Part shown: one piece after another, positions 1 to 9,463 of the stretch | Numbering within the stretch: position 1 is the first letter of the stretch | Layout: every line of letters begins with the position of its first letter | From: Candidatus Bathyarchaeota archaeon | GTDB lineage: Archaea; Thermoproteota; Bathyarchaeia; Bathyarchaeales; Bathycorpusculaceae | Assembly: GCA_963717465.1 (NCBI GenBank) | Contig: OY970340.1 | Coordinates: 992,001-1,056,000, forward strand | DNA length: 64,000 nt | Reading direction: 5' to 3' | The notes under the pieces: generated by a model | The model's database searches: none | What the model was told of the DNA's origin: nothing | What the model saw: the letters and a program-made list of their open reading frames with translations, nothing else | Translations under genes and position numbers: made by a program

Positions 1-1269
1 GGCGCAATTGGTTACGGCAGACCTGAGGCGGCACAAAACATTTTCGTGGAGTTTAATCGGCTCTACAATGCAGCGCGTGAAAAGCTTCCATTCGGAGTAA
101 TTCAAATTGGACATGCATTACGTAATGAAATTTCGCCAAGGCAAGGTTTGATTAGGCTGCGAGAATTCACTATTGCTGATTTAGAATTCTTTTTTGACCC
201 TGAAGAGCAAAGCTGCCAAATCCTAAAACAAGTTGAAGATGAGGTTTTGCCGATTTTGCTCTGTGAAACTCGCCTAAAAGACTCTGAAGATACCGTTAAC
301 GTGACTGTTAGGGAAGCATTGGATAAAAAAATAATCAGGTCAGAATGGCAAGCGTTCTTCATGGCGATGGCTAAGAAACTCTTAATTCAACTTGGCGTAC
401 CAGCAAGCAAGCAACGCTTCATCGAGAAACTCCCCTGGGAGAAAGCTCACTACTCAAGCCAAAGCTTTGATCAAGAAGTACTCGTTGACAGATGGGGCTG
501 GGTTGAAGTTTCCGGTCACGCTTACCGAACAGATTTTGACTTAAAAAGTCACATCAAAGCCAGCGGCGTAGACATGACCGTTTACAAGGAATACCCAAAA
601 CCGGTTGAGAAAGAGGCATTAACGGTTAAGCCGATAATGGCTAAATTTGGACCAGCCTTCAAGAATGAAGCTGCAAAAGTAGCAGCGTTACTTGCACAGG
701 TTTCGGCGCAGACAGTTTTTGATGCGATGGAGAAGCAAGGTTACTTTGAAGTTGAAAATTTTAAGGTTAACAAGAATCAGGTAGATATAAGCAAGCAAAA
801 GACGATCGAACGTGGCACTCGTTTCATACCGCATGTTGTTGAACCCAGTTTTGGCTCAGACAGGCTATTCTACGTTACACTTGAATACGCGTACGGAGTG
901 AAAGATGACCGTGCTGTTCTGAGTTTTCCACGAAGCATTGCACCAATTCAAGTTGGTGTTTACCCGTTAATGAGCAAGGACGGCTTAGACGAGAAAGCAC
1001 TGGAACTGCGTAAAATGCTGGCTAATGAAGGGTTTATGGTCGAGTATGACGAAACGGGCTCGATAGGCAGAAGATACGCGCGGGCTGATGAAGCTGGAAT
1101 TCCATTGGGCGTAACAGTGGACTATGAAACGTTCAAAGATGACACGGTTACTATTCGTGACAGGGATTCTTGGCAGCAGGTCAGAAGCAAAATAAACGAT
1201 TTGCCAAAGCTGCTTAAGCTATATTTTGAAAATAAAGTGAATTTTCAAGATTTAGGGAGACAAATTTAA
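1..1269 (+). CDS. glyS: Glycyl-tRNA synthetase (alpha2 type), 5' end outside window
   Basis: Frame open from base 1 (GAIGYGRPEAAQNIF); RNEISPRQGLIRLREF, KAHYS, PHVVEPSFG and GSIGRRYARADEAG motifs. Confidence 0.96.
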   Translation, partial: GAIGYGRPEAAQNIFVEFNRLYNAAREKLPFGVIQIGHALRNEISPRQGLIRLREFTIADLEFFFDPEEQSCQILKQVEDEVLPILLCETRLKDSEDTVNVTVREALDKKIIRSEWQAFFMAMAKKLLIQLGVPASKQRFIEKLPWEKAHYSSQSFDQEVLVDRWGWVEVSGHAYRTDFDLKSHIKASGVDMTVYKEYPKPVEKEALTVKPIMAKFGPAFKNEAAKVAALLAQVSAQTVFDAMEKQGYFEVENFKVNKNQVDISKQKTIERGTRFIPHVVEPSFGSDRLFYVTLEYAYGVKDDRAVLSFPRSIAPIQVGVYPLMSKDGLDEKALELRKMLANEGFMVEYDETGSIGRRYARADEAGIPLGVTVDYETFKDDTVTIRDRDSWQQVRSKINDLPKLLKLYFENKVNFQDLGRQI

Positions 1270-1349
1270 AACTTCATAGCTATCTTTTTAACACACATGC
1301 AGTAGATAATATTTCACTCGATGATGGTTATTTAGAGAGGGGAAAAAGA

Positions 1350-2009
1350 TTGGTGCTTCCAGCTGAAACAGAAGAGCGCGTGAAACGCAGAGCTCTAAAT
1401 GCTTGTCAGGATAACTTACGCAAGGTCGTAGATGTCTCAAGAAAGATTCCGCAGTTAGCAGAATTTTTTGCAAGCGGCGATAAGGATTCTGCAAGAAAAC
1501 TTTTAAGCGAAATCAAAGCAGGCGAAGAAGAAGTAGTTAAAGCCAGACGAATGGTCTCTCAAGAATTAGCCGAGATAGGCGCTATTTTGCTTTCAAGGGA
1601 AGACTTTTTAAGATTCACAAATTTATCAAGCGAGATCGCTGATTTTTCAGAAGGCATCGCATATTATCTTGTTGAAATAATGGAGCATAATTGGAGCATC
1701 CCCTCTGACATAAAGAAGGACCTGCAAAAACTCTCTCTTGCAGTTCTAGATGCAGTGATAAAACTTAGGGAGACAATGATGGTTCTCAACTACGGCTCCC
1801 AAAAAACTCTGGAAAAAGCAAAAGATGTGGAAATCGCAGAAAGAATTGTTGACGACCTGTACCGCATGCTAACCATCAAAGCTCTATGCAGTAAACTCGA
1901 CGTTTCAGCGTTGCTGCTTTTGAGAGAAATTCTGCAGCTCCTTGAAAATTCAGCGGATAAAGCTGAAGATGCCGCTGACGCAGCACGCATGTTATCCTTC
2001 ATAATGTAA
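1350..2009 (+). CDS. DUF47/PhoU-like phosphate transport regulator family protein
   Basis: 219 aa all-helical; LLSREDF and LENSADKAEDAAD motifs. Confidence 0.75.
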   Translation: MVLPAETEERVKRRALNACQDNLRKVVDVSRKIPQLAEFFASGDKDSARKLLSEIKAGEEEVVKARRMVSQELAEIGAILLSREDFLRFTNLSSEIADFSEGIAYYLVEIMEHNWSIPSDIKKDLQKLSLAVLDAVIKLRETMMVLNYGSQKTLEKAKDVEIAERIVDDLYRMLTIKALCSKLDVSALLLLREILQLLENSADKAEDAADAARMLSFIM

Positions 2010-2039
2010 CCATGTAAACTCTAAGAGCGAACAATATCA

Positions 2040-2594
2040 ATGGATAAAATAAGAGTTGAGCTAATCGAAAATTTTCTTGTGGTCTGGGACCCAGTTGAGG
2101 GCTCAGAATTGTATAAAACTGGTTATTACGGTAAACCGCTTGGAATCTCAAAACCTAAAATTCCCGAATTCAATGTGCCGTTAGTGCTGGATTTAATGGA
2201 AGGTTTGTACCTTGCAGAAAACGACAAGATTATCGTTACCGAAAACTCGGGAGAAACCAAAGTCGGACTAAAAAAGTTACGACAAAAAACAAAAGAATTG
2301 TACAGCGAATTCGAAGAGAAGTACGCAGTATATCGCGACTTGCGTGACAGCGGATTAATCGTTACACCAGGCATAAAGTTCGGCTGCGACTTCGCCGTTT
2401 ACAAATACGGCCCCGGCGTTGAGCATGCACCGTACATGGTTTCAGTGAAGAAGTCAGGCTCAGACATTTCAGCAACTGAAATCGTTAAAGCTGGACGGCT
2501 AGCAACTACTGTGCGCAAAAGATTCATTATCGCCGTGCCCGATACAGCAACTAAAAAACCCAAATACCTGATTTTTAAATGGTTTAAGGCTTAG
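2040..2594 (+). CDS. endA: tRNA-intron endonuclease, catalytic subunit
   Basis: YAVYRDLRDSG, PGIKFGCDFAVY, GPGVEHA and GRLATTVRK carry the Y-H-K triad. Confidence 0.95.
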   Translation: MDKIRVELIENFLVVWDPVEGSELYKTGYYGKPLGISKPKIPEFNVPLVLDLMEGLYLAENDKIIVTENSGETKVGLKKLRQKTKELYSEFEEKYAVYRDLRDSGLIVTPGIKFGCDFAVYKYGPGVEHAPYMVSVKKSGSDISATEIVKAGRLATTVRKRFIIAVPDTATKKPKYLIFKWFKA

Positions 2595-3888
2595 CTTCGC
2601 CCTTTAATATTTGATTTTGATACTGGCCTTCTATGCGTTGATGAGGGTAAATTTTAGTTGCTGAAAGCAAACAGCCTTCTTCAATGATGACATCGTCCGC
2701 AACAACTGATATGGCACTTATTTTTACAGGTCTACTTTGACTTGAATTAACCGCTACATGTCTGCCGATGATGCTATTGTAAACTTCAGCGTTTTCTCCA
2801 ATTATTACGCGATCCATCACAGCTGAATCTTTGACGACTGCATTTTTGCCAATTCGCGTGTAATTGTCAATGCATGAATTCTCAATTCTCACACCATCTT
2901 CTATTTGGCAGTGTCTGCCGATGAGAACTGCGCCTTTAATCTCAATCTTTTTCTTTTTAATTTTCTGTACGATTTCAAGTCGTCTCTTTTCTGAATCGCT
3001 ACTTTCACCTTGAACCCAAATGGTGCTTCCTTCCTTTATTCTTCCGCCAAAATCATTCAGCATTGAAAATCCTCCGTTCAACAATTTCTTCATGGCTTCC
3101 AAGTAGTTTTTAGGTGTGCCAACATCGAACCAGCTGCCCTTCAATGTGTAACCGTAGACTGGATGACCAGCTTGAATTACGTAGGGGATGAAGTCGTAGC
3201 CGAAGTCTAACCTGTTCTTTTCCTTGATTATCTGTTGAACCCCTTTTTCTTTGAAAATTTTCTTAACTTCAGGAGACAATACATACAAGCCTGTGTTAGC
3301 AAGGTTGCTTGGGGCGTCTTTAGGCAAGGGTTTTTCAACAAATTTTCTTATGCGTCCGTTTTTGTCAATATCCGCTAAGCCTAATCCTTCAATGTTTTCT
3401 ACTTCCCGTAGTACAATTGTTAAGGCTGCTCCTTTTTTTCTGTGAAAATCCATGAGGCTTTTTACTTTAATATCAAAGATATTGTCGCCTTGGACGGCAA
3501 AAACAACGTTTTGGATGTCGTAGTACTCCATGTTTATTCTCGCAGAATCCGCGCTTCCAAGGTCCTCAACGTTCGGCTGATATTTTATGTGAATTCTCGG
3601 TTTAACGTTATAGATTGAAGAGAAACCGCAACCTGACTCAAAATAATCATGTAAGTCACGGTAATTCGTGTAACCTTTTACTCCGAAGATAAAGTTTCTG
3701 ATGCCTTGGCTTGCAAGTGAGAGAAGCGAAAACTCCACTAACGGTCTATTAAGCAAACGGAGACATGCTTTGCTTGTTTCAGCTGTTAACGGTAACAAGC
3801 GGGTGGCTTTGCCGCCTACTGGAATAATGACTCGTATCTTTTCAGGAGAATAATTATCTCCGACTAGGGGCGCGTAATTGTCGCTCAA
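2584..3888 (-). CDS. NDP-sugar synthase (sugar-1-phosphate nucleotidyltransferase with C-terminal hexapeptide domain)
   Basis: GGKATRLLPLT..SK, QGDN, FVEKP, WFDVGTP motifs; left-handed beta-helix repeats. Confidence 0.9.
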   Translation of the reverse strand: MSDNYAPLVGDNYSPEKIRVIIPVGGKATRLLPLTAETSKACLRLLNRPLVEFSLLSLASQGIRNFIFGVKGYTNYRDLHDYFESGCGFSSIYNVKPRIHIKYQPNVEDLGSADSARINMEYYDIQNVVFAVQGDNIFDIKVKSLMDFHRKKGAALTIVLREVENIEGLGLADIDKNGRIRKFVEKPLPKDAPSNLANTGLYVLSPEVKKIFKEKGVQQIIKEKNRLDFGYDFIPYVIQAGHPVYGYTLKGSWFDVGTPKNYLEAMKKLLNGGFSMLNDFGGRIKEGSTIWVQGESSDSEKRRLEIVQKIKKKKIEIKGAVLIGRHCQIEDGVRIENSCIDNYTRIGKNAVVKDSAVMDRVIIGENAEVYNSIIGRHVAVNSSQSRPVKISAISVVADDVIIEEGCLLSATKIYPHQRIEGQYQNQILKGEAKP

Positions 3889-4096
3889 GGCTTCACCAAC
3901 AAAATCTCAATGCATAAAATAATTGTAAAGGCTCATCCTTTTTAAACTATGTTCTTTTAAAAATTTGTGTTGTCAAGTTTGAATTTTGATGCAAACTATT
4001 TTCTTTTGGTTAATATGAGGTTGCTTTAATTAAATTGAAAGCTTAAAAAGCAATTAGATTTTAATAATTAACCTTATAAAGAAAGATTGCAATGGT

Positions 4097-4972
4097 TTGG
4101 GAAGAATGAGTAAGCTTGTTGGCTTCGTCCGGTTAATGCGTCCTATTAACGGTTTGATGATGGGTTTTGCCGTTTTAGTAGGCGCGATACTGGCCACGCG
4201 AGCAAACGTCTATTTGTTTCAAAGTAACCTGCCAAGTTTACTTTATGGTTACTTAACTGGTTTCTTTCTAACTGCTTCTTCAATGGTGATTAATGATTAT
4301 TATGACCGAAAAATCGACGCTATAAATGAGCCTGCTCGTCCAATTGCAAGCGGCACAGTTAAACCGCTAGAGGCACTTGTGTTCGCTTCTGCTCTAGCAA
4401 TAATTGGTCTCTTTTTCGCTTACAGTTCTAATAGTTCAAGCGTTCTCTGTCTCATGATTGGGATAATTGCATGGTTAATAACTGTTGGTTATGCGACGGT
4501 GGGAAAACGTGCTGGTTTACCCGGAAACTTCTTGGTCAGCGCCTGTGTAGCGACCCCATTCATTTTCGGCAGTGTAGTCGTTACAAACACAGTCCAATTG
4601 AACGTTTTACTTTTCGCTTTAATGGCGTTTCTCTCCAACACAGGCAGAGAAATCACAAAAGGCATCGTAGATGTCAAAGGCGACAGTGCAGAAGGCATAA
4701 AAACTCTAGCCGTACGCTATGGAGAAAAAAAAGCCGCAATCGCCTCAGCAGCATTTTACATTTCAGCCGTCGCATTAACGCCTATACCCGTGATCCTTGG
4801 TGTTGTTTCATTCTGGTTTATACCCTTCGTGTTAGTCACCGACATAGGATTAGTTGTTTGTTCAGCAACCTTGCTCAAAGATTATTCAAGGGAAAACGCC
4901 AGAAAAGTGAAAAAGCTCGTTCTGATATTCTTTATGTTCGCTTTACTAGCATACATTTTAGGGGCCCTATGA
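4097..4972 (+). CDS. Digeranylgeranylglyceryl phosphate synthase (UbiA family)
   Basis: LMRP.N, NDYYDRKIDAINEPARPI, REITKGIVDVKGD motifs; multiple TM segments. Confidence 0.88.
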   Translation: MGRMSKLVGFVRLMRPINGLMMGFAVLVGAILATRANVYLFQSNLPSLLYGYLTGFFLTASSMVINDYYDRKIDAINEPARPIASGTVKPLEALVFASALAIIGLFFAYSSNSSSVLCLMIGIIAWLITVGYATVGKRAGLPGNFLVSACVATPFIFGSVVVTNTVQLNVLLFALMAFLSNTGREITKGIVDVKGDSAEGIKTLAVRYGEKKAAIASAAFYISAVALTPIPVILGVVSFWFIPFVLVTDIGLVVCSATLLKDYSRENARKVKKLVLIFFMFALLAYILGAL

Positions 4973-5071
4973 AATCATCTCGTCTTTATTGAATGCTTTT
5001 ATTTTCGACTACGCTTTAGTATTTTTGCCGGATGATGAGAAGGCATTAGCTTGACGTTCGCGGATGAAAGT

Positions 5072-5092
5072 TCAGAGTTACTCAGACGGCAA
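5072..5092 (+). repeat. 21-bp direct repeat, copy 1 (TCAGAGTTACTCAGACGGCAA)
   Basis: Identical to 7433-7453. Confidence 0.92.
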
Positions 5093-5099
5093 CGTACGA

Positions 5100-5196
5100 C
5101 TAACTCTGCATCTTTATCGCTAGTTTTTAGCAAACCGTCATCGATGTAGATCTTGACATTTCGTCTTGCTTCCTCAATCCGTTCCTTTTCTATCAT
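5100..5196 (-). pseudogene. Truncated 5' end of a probable HEPN-domain gene coupled to the MNT gene
   Basis: Start overlaps MNT stop; MIEKERIEEARRNVKIYIDDGLLK resembles N-termini of archaeal MNT-paired HEPN proteins; after ~31 codons it runs into the repeat at 5072-5092. Confidence 0.55.
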
Positions 5197-5810
5197 AAAA
5201 TCTCCTCCAACATTTTAAAAAGCATCTCCGCACCATATTGAACGATTCGATTGTCTATTGCCTCCCATGCAACATTAGGCTTTTTCTGTTTAAGAAGCTC
5301 CGAAAACTCCTCTGTAGTTAATATCGTCTCGTGGATCCCCAGAGGGCTAACACGCTGGACAGATGCAATAGCCGCTTCAACTTCATTTTGAAATTTGCGC
5401 TCAGGAATAACCAAGAGAACATCTAAATCTGATCTTGCCGAGGCTGTGCCCTTCCCGTGGGAGCCGAACAGCATGAGTGTAAAGAAGGGCAAAGTAATTT
5501 TTGAAGTTAAATCTTTGGCAAGGATTTCTATGTCTTTGTGTTTTTCGAAGAAGCGGCTGGCTCGTATGCCCTCTATGTATGCAAGAAGAGAAGAGTTACC
5601 TCGTAAGTTCAGTCTGCAGTAAGTTACTGGAGGTCTTTTCTCGGCAGTAATATAGTGCTGTTCTGCCAGGCGCTTGATCATGGTGTGAGTAATTTTGTAA
5701 TCCTTTCCTATTCCCTCTGATATCTTTCGCACGGTAAAGCTTTCCCGAATTCTTGAGCTGAGAAAAGAAAGAATTTCGACTGATGTCTTATTCAAGGGTT
5801 CTAAGTACAT
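5193..5810 (-). CDS. wHTH plus minimal nucleotidyltransferase (MNT) antitoxin-like protein
   Basis: LFGSHGKG..SARSDLDVL (GS-x10-DxD) motif; N-terminal HTH (FTVRKISEGIGKDYKITH). Confidence 0.88.
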   Translation of the reverse strand: MYLEPLNKTSVEILSFLSSRIRESFTVRKISEGIGKDYKITHTMIKRLAEQHYITAEKRPPVTYCRLNLRGNSSLLAYIEGIRASRFFEKHKDIEILAKDLTSKITLPFFTLMLFGSHGKGTASARSDLDVLLVIPERKFQNEVEAAIASVQRVSPLGIHETILTTEEFSELLKQKKPNVAWEAIDNRIVQYGAEMLFKMLEEIL

Positions 5811-5822
5811 AATATTATGTAC
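5805..5822. promoter_or_regulatory. Perfect 18-bp palindrome GTACATAATATTATGTAC over the MNT start codon; putative autoregulatory operator
   Basis: Self-complementary; second palindrome TAAGTACTTA at 5824-5833; TATA-like TTTATA on minus strand at about 5838-5843. Confidence 0.6.
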
Positions 5823-6037
5823 CTAAGTACTTAACCTATAAATCTTGCAACCGACAGCGAAGCTCTTCTCAGAGTCGTGCACGCTCGTCCTTCCGCTGTT
5901 TCTAAAGCAGCATACTAACCCAACCTTTCGTATCACAAAGTCGCAGATTATGAGACTTTATGATATGAATCACAATATCAAACTTGATGCAGGTGTGTCA
6001 GCTATCCCTCTCCCTTAAATAACAAGAACAGAAGCAT

Positions 6038-6053
6038 GAAACTTTGCACTTAC
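6038..6053 (+). repeat. 16-bp direct repeat, copy 1 (GAAACTTTGCACTTAC)
   Basis: Identical to 7253-7268; CATGAAACTTTG (6035-6046) also at 26012-26023. Confidence 0.8.
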
Positions 6054-6415
6054 CTGCTTCTATATTTGCAAAGATACGGGAATCATGCTCTGGCTCAAAG
6101 AATCGGTTTTATCATAGCTTAAATCCGAACGTAAAAAGACACAGGTAGACTAGAAACTTATCGACGACGTCTTGTCGTCAACGAGCTCTAACGTTTTCCC
6201 ATTAGATCGCGCTAAAGGAAGGAAAGCTATCGAAAAAACGCGGAATTATCAACAATGCAGAACCGCTTGAAATATGAATTCTCTGAGGAGACAGATAATT
6301 GCTAAAGATAACCAAACATGACCTCCAAATTTGGGCAGATGAACAAGAACTCTCAGATACGTTATTTGCAGAATTGGACCATCGTTTGGTCAAAATATTG
6401 GATGCGAATAACTCC

Positions 6416-6889
6416 CTATCCTTTGAGTATTTTCAGGCATACTTTCTCTTCTATCCAGAAGCCTTGATCGACAAGTTGTTGAACCAAATCTTCAGGTGAC
6501 TGCTTGATCAATCTCAGGTCCAAGAAAGCCTTAAGCAAAGCTATCGTTCCCATCACCTTAATTTTCAGCCTTCCTGCCGTTTTTCGGGCTTTCAAATCAT
6601 CAAGCAACGCCATATCAGTTTTGAACTCAAGTGCCAGCGTCATCGTTTCTATCTCGCCTTTTCCCAAGCTTGACGAGAGCAGATTAAGAAGTTCAGTGTT
6701 TGAGCATTTCACCACTTCAACGAATCCTTCGTCGCTTAGTACGTGGATTTGCGTTACCGCTTCATCTTTGCTCACTTCTTCAAAAACTGATTGAGGTACA
6801 TACACCTTATCGAATACTTCTTTTAGAAAGGGAAGATAGCCAAGTTTACCTAAAGCTAGTAAAACTGAGCTGTCTATTGTCGCTTTCAA
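6416..6889 (-). CDS. PIN-domain protein (DUF3368 / VapC-like toxin)
   Basis: IDSSVLLAL, VPQSVFEEV, LGKGE, LLDDLKARKTA, GTIALL motifs. Confidence 0.9.
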   Translation of the reverse strand: MKATIDSSVLLALGKLGYLPFLKEVFDKVYVPQSVFEEVSKDEAVTQIHVLSDEGFVEVVKCSNTELLNLLSSSLGKGEIETMTLALEFKTDMALLDDLKARKTAGRLKIKVMGTIALLKAFLDLRLIKQSPEDLVQQLVDQGFWIEEKVCLKILKG

Positions 6890-7152
6890 TTATGACGCTT
6901 CTTGAGTAAGTTCTTGCTTGCTTGCAATTCTTTCTGCAACTCCGCTTCATCCAGAAAAGTGTACTTAAAACCTACTGTTCGAAGCAACGCTGAAAATTCG
7001 GGGCGGGACATACCCATAACTTCAGCTGCCTTTGCCAAGGTAACAGTTCGCGAAGCAAGGAGCCCGAGGACAAGAAGAAAGCGCTCTTTTTCCTCTCTTT
7101 CGGTAAACAAAGGAAACTCGTCTATAACACTCTCTATCGACATTTTCAACAC
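6886..7152 (-). CDS. UPF0175-family HTH antitoxin
   Basis: VTLAKAAEVMGMSRPEFSALL motif; overlaps PIN gene start. Confidence 0.85.
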   Translation of the reverse strand: MLKMSIESVIDEFPLFTEREEKERFLLVLGLLASRTVTLAKAAEVMGMSRPEFSALLRTVGFKYTFLDEAELQKELQASKNLLKKRHN

Positions 7153-7252
7153 GCAAATGATAGTTGATTAATTGGAAATTTAACTGTTTTCATAGCTCGA
7201 TAATTCGCTTCGACTAGAAAGTTTTAGTGCAAGATAAGCAATGGCAAAACAC

Positions 7253-7268
7253 GAAACTTTGCACTTAC
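7253..7268 (+). repeat. 16-bp direct repeat, copy 2
   Basis: Identical to 6038-6053. Confidence 0.8.
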
Positions 7269-7432
7269 ATCCTTTTTTCTGAAGGCCAGACCCAAATCGC
7301 AGCTAGGAGCCGCAAGCTTAAGGGGGGATACATTTATATATTGAGGCTTGTGCGGAAAAGCTCTACCTGAAGCGTTAAAGCAAGCTTGGAATCGCTAGAT
7401 TTAGCGTTGTACAGACGTTAACGTGCGTACAA

Positions 7433-7453
7433 TCAGAGTTACTCAGACGGCAA
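7433..7453 (+). repeat. 21-bp direct repeat, copy 2
   Basis: Identical to 5072-5092; directly preceded by imperfect palindrome 7407-7432 (TTGTAC-AG-ACGTTAACGT-GC-GTACAA). Confidence 0.92.
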
Positions 7454-7527
7454 ACAACTAAATAATTGGAGAAGGACTCGGTTAAACTTGATTAATCTAA
7501 GCATTTTGAGTCTTTGTTGCTTATTAG

Positions 7528-9030
7528 CTAGGTAATTTGTCCATATTTTTTAGGAAGACTAGCTATTTGGACTTTGTTTTGTTCTATGAAATCTTTCAGC
7601 TTTGCCTTAGTTTTTTCATTGTTTTCAACAATATTTGTGGCTTCTTCGACTAGAACATAATTTGATTGAGCATATTTCTCAAGAGAGTCCTTAATTTCGT
7701 TGGCTTTCTTCTCAACGATTGCAGCGTCATTTCCCGTATTGGTTGATATTTTTGATACTTCCTTAACATCGTTAACAACATTCTCAATTAATTTCTTAAC
7801 ATCATTGGCAATAACTGCAACCTCTTCAGCGATTTTTTCGAGTTCCTGTGCTCCAGCAGTCTGCTGTTCAACCGAAGCAGAAACTTCTTCTGAAGCGGAA
7901 GAACTCTCTTCAGCAATACTAGCAACTTCAGATATAGTGTTAGCAACATTGTCTAACGAGTTAAGACCACGTTTAACGCCACTCGCTAAGTTACTCACTT
8001 TGTAAGTCATTGTAGCCATAATATTAGTAATGCCCTCAGCTTCTTTAATAGCATCCAAAACCACATTGGTTCCTTCTGCCGCGTTCTTATGAGACTGATT
8101 TGCAATAGCATTCGTCTGGGTACCAGCATCCTTAATACCCTTCACCAAAGTAATAGCAGAACCAGCAGCAACCTTAGATTGACCAGCCAAGCTCTTAACA
8201 GCATCAGCAACAACCGCAAAACCCCTGCCAGCTTCACCAGCCCTAGCCGCCTCAATAGCAGCGTTCAAAGCCAACATGTTTGTTTGCCCAGCAATGTCTG
8301 AAACTGAATTAGCCATCTGTCCAACCTGCTCTACACTATCAACCATGGATATGACAGCTTCAGAAACTTTGGTGATGTTAGCCTTGATATCTTCAATAGC
8401 ATGAAGTCCTTGTTGCCCTTTTTCATTAGCTTGTTTGGACTTTGTCAAAGCTTGGGTAGTAACAGTGAGAGCTTCCTTTGCTATGCCACCCGCTTCATCC
8501 ATAACTTTTTTTAAGGATTCAGTGTTTTTTGCTGCTTCCTGTGAAAGCTCAGCTAACTTTTGCGCTCCAGTAGAGACCTGTTTCGAAGCAGTGTTAACCT
8601 GCTCCATTCCAAGAGCCATCTGTTTAGATGTTTCTTCCACTTGCTTGCCCATATTCTCAACACTAACACCAGCCTTTGAAACATCTTCTGCACTTACTAA
8701 GGCTTTTTCGGCAAAGTTGCCAGATTCCTTAGTTGAAGTTGCTAATTTTGAAACTATTGTTGATGTGTCAAGTATAAGTTCACTATTAGTAGCAAGTATT
8801 GTGCTATCTTCCATGATTTGATTATTAACTTTTTTAGCTGAGTTAATAGTGCTATCATTTAAATTGATTGTTTCCTCAGCGATTTGAATTTCTTCTTCAA
8901 GTTTTTTAGCATACATTTGTAATATCTCTTGGTTTTGAGATCGAAGCTTCTTATTTTCTTCTTCTCTCTGTTCAACCTGTTTCTCAAGTTCTTTTATTCT
9001 TTCTTGATTCTCAATTGGCATTATAATCAA
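7528..9030 (-). CDS. Soluble methyl-accepting chemotaxis protein
   Basis: [30 protein letters not shown] signature; no transmembrane segment. Confidence 0.93.
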   Translation of the reverse strand: MIIMPIENQERIKELEKQVEQREEENKKLRSQNQEILQMYAKKLEEEIQIAEETINLNDSTINSAKKVNNQIMEDSTILATNSELILDTSTIVSKLATSTKESGNFAEKALVSAEDVSKAGVSVENMGKQVEETSKQMALGMEQVNTASKQVSTGAQKLAELSQEAAKNTESLKKVMDEAGGIAKEALTVTTQALTKSKQANEKGQQGLHAIEDIKANITKVSEAVISMVDSVEQVGQMANSVSDIAGQTNMLALNAAIEAARAGEAGRGFAVVADAVKSLAGQSKVAAGSAITLVKGIKDAGTQTNAIANQSHKNAAEGTNVVLDAIKEAEGITNIMATMTYKVSNLASGVKRGLNSLDNVANTISEVASIAEESSSASEEVSASVEQQTAGAQELEKIAEEVAVIANDVKKLIENVVNDVKEVSKISTNTGNDAAIVEKKANEIKDSLEKYAQSNYVLVEEATNIVENNEKTKAKLKDFIEQNKVQIASLPKKYGQIT

Positions 9031-9463
9031 TCTCGATCTGATTCGTTTGTTACATAATTCTTGATAAGTAAATTGCGATTTTGCACTATATACTGACCAG
9101 TCTTTTAATTGAAAAAGTTAATTTCGTTAAATTTAATTTAACACTTAACTGAATATTAATAATATTGCAATCAAAAAATCCTGATAATTACGAATTCATG
9201 TTTTAGAACAGTTTCAACTTTTATAACAAACTTGAATAAAATTAGACACCAATTGGCTAAACATGATAAATAAAGATGGTTCGAAGTTTGTTGCTCTTGT
9301 AGGTTTGTTTGTTGTAGCATAGCCAGTATTGTTATTTGTGAGAAGCAACATTTATAGTTCGTATCAAAGCGTTATTTAAAATCCATGACCCTTTTTCTTT
9401 ACCTGTGAGCTGTGCGATTTCCTCCGGGTGGCAAACAACCGCAACGTAGGACATATATAGGTT

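Noticed and set aside
4471..4992. 173-aa alternative-frame ORF within the DGGGP synthase gene
   Set aside because: Arg/Cys-rich off-frame translation with no recognisable domain
5040..7460. CRISPR array formed by the island repeats
   Set aside because: Only two copies of each repeat, 1.2-2.4 kb apart, with genes between them
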